From: Bacteroidales bacterium
Lineage (GTDB): Bacteria > Bacteroidota > Bacteroidia > Bacteroidales > WCHB1-69
NCBI GenBank assembly: GCA_017615595.1
Contig: JAFZZT010000046.1
Span: 4,746-68,745, forward strand
Length of the DNA stretch: 64,000 bases
Direction: 5' to 3'
Shown here: positions 56,139 through 63,789 of the stretch, piece by piece
Position numbering within the stretch: the stretch's first letter is position 1
Layout: every line of letters starts with the position of its first letter
Notes under the pieces: model-generated
Seen by the model: only the letters and a program-made list of their open reading frames with translations
Database searches by the model: none
What the model was told of the DNA's origin: nothing
Translations under genes and position numbers: made by a program

Positions 56139-57419
56139 ATGTACAACGAAATCCTAAACGACATATTCCACGCCTACCCCATGTATCACAAGGTGGGCAG
56201 CTCAGCCTACAAGGAAGGTTTGGAGAACATCGAAGCACTGCTTTCCATCATCGGCAATCCTGAGCGTAAGCTGAAAGCCATCCACATCGCCGGCACCAAC
56301 GGCAAAGGCTCCGTAGCCAACATGATGGCCTCCTACTGTCAGGAACGGGGCCTGAAGACCGGACTCTTCACTTCCCCGCATCTGGTGGATTTCCGCGAAC
56401 GCATCCGCATCAACGGACAGATGATCACTGAAGAAGAGGTAGTGGACTTTTTCCGCCAATACAAGGCACAGTTCGACCATCTGGAACCCTCCTTCTTTGA
56501 GATCACCACCGCTTTGGCCTTCCACTATTTCGTCCAACAGAAGGTGGACATCGCCATCATCGAAGTCGGGTTAGGCGGACGGCTGGATGCCACCAACGTA
56601 CTACGTCCCCTGCTCTCCATCATCACCAACATCTCCTTGGAACACACCCAGTTGTTAGGCGACACCATTGCCAAGATCGCGTATGAGAAGGCGGGCATCA
56701 TCAAAGAAGACACGCCCGTCGTCATCGGCGAGTTCCATCCCGAGAGCTTCCCAGTATTCAAAGATATCGCCGACCAGAAGAAAGCCCCCCTGTTCCTCGC
56801 CGAAGAGCATTTCGAGATTGAGGGACCGTTGTCCGACTGCACCATACGCGATACGGACGGCAACCTGCTGTACGAGCACATCCATTGTCCTTTGGAAGGC
56901 GAATACCAACGGCTGAACCTCCGCACCTTCCTGACTGCCGTTCGCGTGTTGGAAGAGCTGAGACCTTACGACAAAGACGTCGTGCGGGAAGCCATCGAGC
57001 ACCTGATCAGCAACACCGGGTTGATGGGCCGGTGGCAGGTGCTACGCCAAGCGCCACTGACCATCTGCGATGTGGGGCACAATGTGGGCGGACTGGTCCT
57101 GACGATGAAACAGCTGAGCGCCCTCCCCTGCCGCAACCTGCGCATCGTCATGGGCATGGTCAGCGACAAGGACATAGCACACATCATCCCCTTGCTGCCC
57201 CAGGACGCCGACTATTACCTCTGTCAGGCGGCCATCGAGCGCGCCATGCCCGTAGAGACCATCACGACTCTGTTTGAAGCGGCAGGACTGCGCTGCCGTG
57301 TTCACCACACCGTCATCGAAGCCTTCAAAGCCGCCGAAGCCGATGCGGCCCCTGACGACATCCTCTTCGTCGGAGGCAGCTGCTTCGTAGTCGGAGAACT
57401 ACTGGGCGCGCTTCAATAA
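56139..57419 (+). CDS. folC: bifunctional folylpolyglutamate synthase/dihydrofolate synthase
   Basis: The track start (56118) is a TTG inside the inverted repeat. I prefer the ATG at 56139 (MYNEILNDIF...). Has the HIAGTNGKGS P-loop. Confidence 0.88.
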   Translation: MYNEILNDIFHAYPMYHKVGSSAYKEGLENIEALLSIIGNPERKLKAIHIAGTNGKGSVANMMASYCQERGLKTGLFTSPHLVDFRERIRINGQMITEEEVVDFFRQYKAQFDHLEPSFFEITTALAFHYFVQQKVDIAIIEVGLGGRLDATNVLRPLLSIITNISLEHTQLLGDTIAKIAYEKAGIIKEDTPVVIGEFHPESFPVFKDIADQKKAPLFLAEEHFEIEGPLSDCTIRDTDGNLLYEHIHCPLEGEYQRLNLRTFLTAVRVLEELRPYDKDVVREAIEHLISNTGLMGRWQVLRQAPLTICDVGHNVGGLVLTMKQLSALPCRNLRIVMGMVSDKDIAHIIPLLPQDADYYLCQAAIERAMPVETITTLFEAAGLRCRVHHTVIEAFKAAEADAAPDDILFVGGSCFVVGELLGALQ

Positions 57420-57534
57420 CAGGTTGAGAGCGCCTCGACAACATCCACTTGCTTTTGTGTTATGAATTTTATATATTTGCGGCCTAATAAGAATACCGCA
57501 AAATAATAATCAAAACGCTAATAAACAATAAGTT

Positions 57535-58773
57535 ATGGCAAGCAGGAAAAAAGAACTATTCCCCAACGTTACCGATGCAGAATGGAACGATTGGAGATGG
57601 CAGGTCCGCAACAGAGTGGAGACCCTCGAAGAACTGAAAAAATATATCGAGCTGACCCCGGAAGAGGAGGAAGGCGTGAAGAAGTCGCTGCAAACCCTCC
57701 GTATGGCGATCACCCCGTATTATCTGAGTCTGATTGACCCCAACAACCCGAACTGTCCGATCCGCAGACAGGCGATCCCGACCGGCGCCGAAGTGCACCA
57801 GTCGCCCGCCGACCTGCTCGACCCGTTGCACGAGGATGAGGACTCCCCCGTTCCGGGCCTCACCCATCGCTATCCCGACAGAGTGTTGTTCCTCATCACC
57901 GACATGTGCTCCATGTACTGCCGTCACTGCACCCGCAGAAGATTTGCCGGCCAGAACGACTGTGAGTCCACACAGGATCGCATCCAGGCTGCCATCGACT
58001 ACATCGCCCGCACCCCGCAAGTGCGCGACGTACTGCTCTCCGGCGGCGATGCTTTGATGGTGGGCGACAAGATGCTGGAGTCCATCATCCAACGTCTGAG
58101 AGCCATCCCGCATGTCGAGATCATCCGTCTCGGCTCCCGCACCCCTGTGGTTTGCCCGCAGCGTATCACAGACGACTTGGTGAACATGTTGAAGAAATAT
58201 CATCCCATCTGGCTCAACACCCACTTCAACCACCCGAACGAGGTGACCGAAGAGGCCATGGCCGCTTGCGCCAGACTGGCGGATGCCGGCGTGCCGTTGG
58301 GCAACCAGACCGTGCTGTTGCGCGGCGTGAACGACGACACCGAGATCATGAAACAGCTCGTCCACGACCTCGTGCGTATGCGCGTGCGTCCGTACTACAT
58401 CTACCAATGCGACCTCTCCATGGGTCTTGAGCATTTCCGCACTCCCGTCTCCAAGGGCATCGAGATCATCGAGAACCTGCGCGGACATACCTCCGGCTAC
58501 TGCGTGCCGACCTTCGTGGTGGACGCTCCTGGCGGCGGCGGCAAGATTCCGGTGATGCCCCAGTACGTCATCTCCCAGAGCCCGCACAAGGTGATCCTCC
58601 GCAACTACGAAGGCGTCATCACCACCTACACCGAGCCGGCCGACTATCAGGAGAACACCTGCAGTCCGCTGCCCGACAAGAAGCACGTCGAAGGCGTTGC
58701 CTCCCTACTCCACGGCGAGCAGATGGCCCTCGAGCCCAACGAGCTGGCGAGAAAGAAAAGACACAGAAAGTAG
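57535..58773 (+). CDS. kamA: lysine 2,3-aminomutase (radical SAM)
   Basis: 412 aa. Has DWRWQVRNRV, the CSMYCRHCTRRR (CxxxCxxC) cluster, LLSGGDALM and the full-length KamA-type C-terminus. Confidence 0.85.
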   Translation: MASRKKELFPNVTDAEWNDWRWQVRNRVETLEELKKYIELTPEEEEGVKKSLQTLRMAITPYYLSLIDPNNPNCPIRRQAIPTGAEVHQSPADLLDPLHEDEDSPVPGLTHRYPDRVLFLITDMCSMYCRHCTRRRFAGQNDCESTQDRIQAAIDYIARTPQVRDVLLSGGDALMVGDKMLESIIQRLRAIPHVEIIRLGSRTPVVCPQRITDDLVNMLKKYHPIWLNTHFNHPNEVTEEAMAACARLADAGVPLGNQTVLLRGVNDDTEIMKQLVHDLVRMRVRPYYIYQCDLSMGLEHFRTPVSKGIEIIENLRGHTSGYCVPTFVVDAPGGGGKIPVMPQYVISQSPHKVILRNYEGVITTYTEPADYQENTCSPLPDKKHVEGVASLLHGEQMALEPNELARKKRHRK

Positions 58774-58839
58774 GGGTCAGTGAACAGTGATCAGTAGAGG
58801 CGGTATGCATACCGCCTCCTAGAAATAAAAACATAACGT

Positions 58840-58869
58840 GGTACGGTAGGATTTCTGCCGTACCTTTTT
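58840..58869 (+). terminator. intrinsic terminator after kamA
   Basis: Stem ggtacgg(58840-58846)/ccgtacc(58858-58864) plus a T5 run. A separate 22-nt perfect palindrome lies at 58797-58818. Confidence 0.6.
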
Positions 58870-58880
58870 ATTTGTTACGA

Positions 58881-59225
58881 CTATTTCAAAATGCAGGCTA
58901 AAAATCGGACATCCTTGCCGCTGTGGTTGGCGATGCTGTGGCTGGCGCCGTTGCCAGTAAACATCACGTCGCCGGCACGCATGATAGCAGTTGTGTCGTT
59001 GTCGGTAACCTCGGCCTCACCCTCCAGGATGTAGTAAATCTCGGCATCTTCAATGTGCGGGTGCTCCTTGATACGGCTGCCTGAGGGAAGGGTGATGATG
59101 TTGAACATCGACGCGCGCTCCAGCATCTCCGCCGGCGTGAGGATGATGTCCTTGCTGATACTGCCTTCAATGTTGCCCTGATTCTCAACGGTTTCGATCC
59201 GAATGTCCTGTTTGTTTTTTATCAT
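58881..59225 (-). CDS. cupin domain protein
   Basis: 114 aa. Cupin_2 motifs SRIKEHPHIEDAEIYYILEGE and GASHSIAN. A TATTTTTG box (rc of 59348-59355) implies a leader of about 115 nt. Confidence 0.75.
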   Translation of the reverse strand: MIKNKQDIRIETVENQGNIEGSISKDIILTPAEMLERASMFNIITLPSGSRIKEHPHIEDAEIYYILEGEAEVTDNDTTAIMRAGDVMFTGNGASHSIANHSGKDVRFLACILK

Positions 59226-59462
59226 TGTTTTTTATTTTTAAGGCAATAGAGGGGATTGTAGGGATGTCATATTTTGGCATCCGTGGTCAATCCATGACAG
59301 TGATAATCTGATTTATAGTGCATAAATCGGTTACATAAGTCAACCTGCAAAAATAGAAAAATAACGAATACACGAAAATCTATTATGCGGAAGGAGCGTG
59401 GCACAAACAGCAAATTAGTCTCATGCTCACGATTTTTTTCCAAATAGATTCCGATATTAGAA

Positions 59463-59518
59463 TTTTTGTATTTTTGCACCGTTGATAAAGGGAGTATCTT
59501 TATCGTAAAATTACCAAT
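59463..59518 (+). repeat. 56-bp direct repeat, copy A (53/56 identical to 62191-62246)
   Basis: tttttgtatttttgcaccgttgataaagggagtatctttatcgtaaaattaccaat. It includes a TATTTTTG box and a 7-bp hairpin. Confidence 0.85.
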
Positions 59519-59570
59519 GAGTGCAGTACTGGTAATTTCAAGAAATAGCCTGATTCATTCAGGCTTTTTT
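59484..59570 (+). ncRNA. candidate small RNA (about 87 nt, three hairpins), unknown family
   Basis: -7 box at 59469-59476. Hairpin 1 gataaag/ctttatc (59484-59504). Hairpin 2 is a 9-bp stem aaattacca/tggtaattt (59508-59538). Hairpin 3 agcctga/tcaggct (59547-59565) plus T6 acts as an intrinsic terminator oriented for the + strand. No ORF. Confidence 0.4.
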
Positions 59571-60043
59571 CTTAAGTCAAAGGCTGTTAGCAAGAATACT
59601 TTCTCTTGATTATCCCACCTTGTTTGTATGACTATCCTAAAGGTCTCACTTTCTAATATCAATTTCTTATCATCTGATTTCTTAACAGACAAATTACCGA
59701 ACTGCACAACAATCGGAATGAAATCCTCAACTTCAAAACCTAACTCTTTGATGCTTTGACCATGTTTTTCTACAATGTGCTTTAGGCCATACCCTTTATT
59801 TGTAACCGGGTCGTTTTCACCCCAAACAATGTCAATGAATCCAATGTCTTCTCGACACAACGCTTTTGGGCACTCTCCGTTTTGCACTTTCAACAAATGC
59901 TTGATTGCCATTTTAGGTTGATGCTGAAATTGGTCATAAATGGGACCAAATAATCCTACTTTTTTATTCATGTTTTTTTGTGGCAAAAATACATTATATT
60001 CCGACTCATAAAAAGATAATTTTCCAATGATTTTATATTTCAT
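59555..60043 (-). CDS. orphan protein resembling a nuclease/toxin-type module of polyvalent phage or conjugative-element proteins (tentative)
   Basis: 162 aa, AT-rich gene. Block GLFGPIYDQF...AIKHLL...IDIVWGE...GYGLKHIVEKHG. I associate the GYGLxHIxxKH pattern with Barnase/EndoU/ColicinE5-RelE-like (PBECR) modules, but this is unverified. An internal ATG (M25) is an alternative start. Confidence 0.35.
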   Translation of the reverse strand: MKYKIIGKLSFYESEYNVFLPQKNMNKKVGLFGPIYDQFQHQPKMAIKHLLKVQNGECPKALCREDIGFIDIVWGENDPVTNKGYGLKHIVEKHGQSIKELGFEVEDFIPIVVQFGNLSVKKSDDKKLILESETFRIVIQTRWDNQEKVFLLTAFDLRKKPE

Positions 60044-60143
60044 TTATTAACTATTAATTGTTAAAATTAAGATTCACAAATTTTGTTGGGAAAAGTGTGT
60101 CCCACGCCGCGCAGCGCACGATTAAAATGTAACCTTTTGGACT

Positions 60144-60268
60144 TTTTGCATCCTATTATAGAAATGTTTATTTTTGCAGCATTGTTTGCCGTTCTTGATG
60201 ATTAACGGACTTCGTACCAAGATCGGCGGGAATATGAAGTAGTAAAGAATAAAAGTCCCCTTTTTGTT
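60144..60268 (+). promoter_or_regulatory. promoter plus about 85-nt leader, copy A of an inverted duplication
   Basis: TTTG (60145-60148), 20 nt, then TATTTTTG (60169-60176). Homologous along its whole length to the rc of 62009-62137. Confidence 0.6.
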
Positions 60269-61120
60269 ATGGAAAAACATATCATTTTTATTGCCATTTT
60301 AACAGTTTGTATGGCTTTATGTTCTTGCAACAAAAACACTTACTGCGATACCGAATTGCCCACAAGCAAAGATGTACCTAATACTACTATGGCTACCGAA
60401 AACCCCTATCGAAGCCAATATCTAGTGGATTCCATCACATGGTATGACAGCCCGGACAACCACAAAGAGACCAAATACATATATGATGAAGACAACAATC
60501 TTATTAGCCGCGTTATCACGGGACAAATTCTGGAAGCGGGACTCATCCGCGACGTTCGCTATGAGACCGAATTTGAATATTCCAACGGGCTGGTATCGTC
60601 CATCATTGAAGACGGCAGAGTGACAACCCGAATTTATTATGACAATCAAGACAGAATTACAAAGATGGAGCATTATGGTAATGACGTATACTTCCACTAC
60701 CTGAATGGAAAAGTTGTCAGTATTTATTACCAAGGAAAAGATGTTTTCAGCAACGGTTTCTTTGTTTACGACGAGCACGGCGATGCCGTGAAATATGTTT
60801 CATTCAATCCTGATTTGAATTTTTTGGGTGAGCCCATCGATGGCACTTGCCATCCTCGTGAAATTAGTTTTACGTATGACCAAGGCGTTAAACCAAATTT
60901 TGGATTGGACTATTTATTTGTTTATCAACCGATTCCAGGAATGGGCACAGTGCCTGCATACGCCAGGGAGTTGTCGTTGAGCAATTTGACCTCTGGCTGT
61001 GGTTCCACTTGGACATACACTTACAACGAATTGGGTCTGCCCGTCACCATCCGCGAAAGATGGAATGGTGACACCCCTGTAAACGATCCGCATTACACCA
61101 TCTACTACAAGAAAAAATAG
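60269..61120 (+). CDS. lipoprotein with YD/RHS-like short repeats, function unknown
   Basis: 283 aa. Lipobox MALCSC. Repeated Y..D..NNLI / YYDNQDRITKMEHY / YDEHGDAVKYV segments. Confidence 0.5.
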   Translation: MEKHIIFIAILTVCMALCSCNKNTYCDTELPTSKDVPNTTMATENPYRSQYLVDSITWYDSPDNHKETKYIYDEDNNLISRVITGQILEAGLIRDVRYETEFEYSNGLVSSIIEDGRVTTRIYYDNQDRITKMEHYGNDVYFHYLNGKVVSIYYQGKDVFSNGFFVYDEHGDAVKYVSFNPDLNFLGEPIDGTCHPREISFTYDQGVKPNFGLDYLFVYQPIPGMGTVPAYARELSLSNLTSGCGSTWTYTYNELGLPVTIRERWNGDTPVNDPHYTIYYKKK

Positions 61121-61225
61121 TGATGCCGATCGTCCGCAGGTACCGCTCCCCACGGGTCGTGGAGGTCGCCCCGTCATTCCTGAACGAGGGCGAAACCGTG
61201 ATCTGGTTGAGAAGTTGACGACACC

Positions 61226-62008
61226 TCACCACCGAGATTGGCTTGTCAACCACTCCGCGTCGGGTATTGGGAGCTTCTTGAATTGTTCATTGGCAAACTT
61301 CAGGGTACAGAGAAAATAGTCCTGCACACTGCCGTCTGAAAATATTGACGGAAAAAGTCCTAGGTTTTCACGCAAATACTCCTGCAACAACTCGTTATGT
61401 ACGAGTCTGTCTTGGTACCCCAACTGCTCGCAATCCAGTTTTTCAACATCAACAGTCCGTGTGCCTAACTTGAAATGCCGATAGGAGTCTGAAAAAGATA
61501 TCGGACAACCTGACAGCTGAACATACAACCGTACCGTAGGAGCCGTCGAGGCGACATATTCCGCAGAATTAACCTGCTCTAATGTATAATAGGAGACATT
61601 CTCTCCTGTTTTCAATTGTACTTTTTCATGCGGAGCCAATGTCAATGTGTCAAATGGGAACACTTGCGACTTTTCACCAAAACGACTTGCTTCAATGCGG
61701 TTCCAATAATACTTGAAAGTTTGTGGCCGCCAGTGTTCTCCGTCAAAGTATAACTTCCCAAGCCGCAGACTGTCATAATACAGAGTGAGGAACGAATCTG
61801 TTGTATTTGTCAACGTGAAAGAGTATTGCATCACCACATCGGACAGCAGGATGCAGTCAAACGGCGCGTCCCTGCGCGGCGGTAACTTTTCAGTGCTGAC
61901 GTGGTTGACAGCAAGAGTGTCCAAGGAGATGGTGATCTGCGCGTGTCCAAGAAACGGAACAAGACACGTCACGGCCATCAGCCAGAATATATTCTTTATT
62001 TGTTTCAT
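61226..62008 (-). CDS. secreted hypothetical protein
   Basis: 260 aa. Signal peptide MKQIKNIFWLMAVTCLVPFLGHAQ. I recognise no family. Confidence 0.5.
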   Translation of the reverse strand: MKQIKNIFWLMAVTCLVPFLGHAQITISLDTLAVNHVSTEKLPPRRDAPFDCILLSDVVMQYSFTLTNTTDSFLTLYYDSLRLGKLYFDGEHWRPQTFKYYWNRIEASRFGEKSQVFPFDTLTLAPHEKVQLKTGENVSYYTLEQVNSAEYVASTAPTVRLYVQLSGCPISFSDSYRHFKLGTRTVDVEKLDCEQLGYQDRLVHNELLQEYLRENLGLFPSIFSDGSVQDYFLCTLKFANEQFKKLPIPDAEWLTSQSRW

Positions 62009-62137
62009 CGCGCATAGGGGACTTCTACTGTTAAGCCTTCACGATGCCCCACCCTGATGCGAAGTCCAATGAACATCAAGATAAGCAAACAATGCTGCAA
62101 AAATAATTCTTTTATCTATTAATAGGATGCAAAAAAT
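62009..62137 (-). promoter_or_regulatory. promoter plus leader, copy B of the inverted duplication
   Basis: The rc contains tttttgcatcctatta and ttatttttgcagcattgtttgc, identical to copy A. -7 box is the rc of 62098-62105. The leader shares tcttgatg, ggacttcg, gaag and aagtcccct blocks with copy A. Confidence 0.6.
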
Positions 62138-62190
62138 GCGAAAGGATATAGGGTGTTGAAAAAAATGGTAATGATTATCCATGTTAGTTT

Positions 62191-62246
62191 TTTTTGTACT
62201 TTTGCATCGTTGATAAAGGGAGTGTCTTTATCGTAAAATTACCAAT
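62191..62246 (+). repeat. 56-bp direct repeat, copy B
   Basis: tttttgtacttttgcatcgttgataaagggagtgtctttatcgtaaaattaccaat. Followed by a second TATTTTTG box (62254-62261) and the ATG at 62284. Confidence 0.85.
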
Positions 62247-62283
62247 AATTGAGTATTTTTGCGGCAGAAACAATTAAACTGCA

Positions 62284-63789
62284 ATGATGATGCGCAAAAC
62301 CACCTTGATTCTCGCGTTTTTAGTCGTTGTGCTGTGCGGCAGAGCGCAGGACTTCCTCACGCCGGAGTCCTACGGAATATACAACTACTTCGAAAATGGC
62401 AATGAAACCTTGTTCCGGTTATTGATTACCGGTGAAACATTCGAAGGAAGTGCCACCTGGGAGGGAGGACATTCGACTTTCTATCTCTGCACGCCCAGTT
62501 TCTCTCCAGAATATGCTTTAGTGATAGGAAAAGATCAATTGGTTTTGAACAAAGCCAAAGAAAATATCGGGTATTACATTACTGCAGAAGCATATTCCCA
62601 AGCGCCTGACTTCAACACACGAAACAAAAAGCAGCGCAAACAGATACTCAATATGATCAATCGCATGCAGTCAACCCCTGTGGACAGATTCACATTGAGC
62701 ATCTCTAAAGAACAATCCGGGTGCATAGCTACCCTGTTCAGATATGCCACCCTCACCGCCACACACCTTCAGAGCGCAACCCCTGGCATCGATGGCACAG
62801 AGTTTTACTTCAACTATAGGGAAAAACTCGCATCCGTTTGGGAACCGCAAGGTGGACGCATAGCCCAATTAGTGACCATGGCTGACAGTCTTTGTTACGC
62901 CGTAGAGCACCATGACACAGTTGTATTGAACCGACAGATGGAAGTGTGTAAAAATCTGATCCGAAGTTTCAAAAAAGAATTCCCCTTATCATATTTTCAA
63001 CATGCAGAATTCTCGTGTGTCATCTATGCTGTGCCTGGCATTTGCCATTGCAGACATGTTGGTGAAGGCTCAGAGGTGTTTATGCAGTTGGATGTTCTCA
63101 GCGACTCCGCCGTCAGCGGGGAAATCTGCTCCAACGTGTTACGTCAATACACCGATAGTCTCGCCTCTTGGTCGCGGGAGATATTTCTGATGAGCGACAA
63201 TCCCTGTTATCCCTCCGTGATCATCGACAATCACACCGACAGCGCTATTTGCATGGTGGAACAAAACGACAGGGGTTTTGAACGAAAAATCACCATGCCA
63301 GAAACCTACTGGCGCCGTGAAGTGATCCTCTCCACCGCGCAACTCCCGCCGGGACAGTACTATTTCTCGGAGGAAGCATGGAGAGATTCTAAATCATCAC
63401 TCCTGGAAGAAGCTATTGACATGTCCCAGCCTGCGGACACCGAGGAATACTACGACTCTGACGGCGCCATCGTGGAGTGGTTCTGTTGTTCTCCTGAATT
63501 TCCTGGAGGAAACGACTCTCTACAATCATTCCTAAAAAAAAATATCCAATTTCCGATAGGGTATGAAAAAGTGGTTAATGGAATCGTGTTGGTAGAAATT
63601 ACCGTGGAGATTGACGGCAGTATCACAAATCCCAGAATAAGAGTGTCGCTCACTCCAGAACTCGACGCTGAAGCCATACGTGTCGTCAAGCTGATGCCAA
63701 AATGGGTATGGCCTCACCCTGAACAATGTTATGGCGGCATCATTAGACGATGTTTCTATAATATACCCATTAAGTTTGACAACAGGTAA
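62284..63789 (+). CDS. secreted protein with C-terminal TonB_C-like domain, N-terminal 400 aa unknown
   Basis: 501 aa with a signal peptide. C-terminus PEFPGGNDSLQSFLKKNIQFP...GIVLVEITVEIDGSITNPRI...EAIRVVKLMPKW is a TonB C-terminal-type fold. Confidence 0.6.
   Translation: MMMRKTTLILAFLVVVLCGRAQDFLTPESYGIYNYFENGNETLFRLLITGETFEGSATWEGGHSTFYLCTPSFSPEYALVIGKDQLVLNKAKENIGYYITAEAYSQAPDFNTRNKKQRKQILNMINRMQSTPVDRFTLSISKEQSGCIATLFRYATLTATHLQSATPGIDGTEFYFNYREKLASVWEPQGGRIAQLVTMADSLCYAVEHHDTVVLNRQMEVCKNLIRSFKKEFPLSYFQHAEFSCVIYAVPGICHCRHVGEGSEVFMQLDVLSDSAVSGEICSNVLRQYTDSLASWSREIFLMSDNPCYPSVIIDNHTDSAICMVEQNDRGFERKITMPETYWRREVILSTAQLPPGQYYFSEEAWRDSKSSLLEEAIDMSQPADTEEYYDSDGAIVEWFCCSPEFPGGNDSLQSFLKKNIQFPIGYEKVVNGIVLVEITVEIDGSITNPRIRVSLTPELDAEAIRVVKLMPKWVWPHPEQCYGGIIRRCFYNIPIKFDNR

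Noticed and set aside
55819-56157. Low-complexity ORFs in the 9-bp array (SKESKESKE on minus 55819-56055; FALFALFAL and LLTLLTLL on plus)
   Set aside because: All frames are open because of the CTTTGCTCN unit. There is no promoter or start context and no resemblance to known repeat proteins. I treat them as non-coding, although translation cannot be formally excluded.
59394-59439. Terminator-like hairpin gagcgtg/catgctc plus T7 on the + strand
   Set aside because: The loop is 21 nt, the stem needs a G-U pair, and no upstream + strand gene or promoter exists to be terminated. It may be fortuitous.
59267-59479. 70-aa ORF (minus) in the cupin upstream region
   Set aside because: It lies within the predicted cupin leader and promoter and overlaps the sRNA promoter. 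The sequence is low-complexity and hydrophobic, with no start context.
61180-61196. Hammerhead-ribozyme-like string ctgaacgagggcgaaac
   Set aside because: It resembles CUGANGA...GAAAC, but there is no room for stem II and no flanking stems I/III or cleavage-site context.
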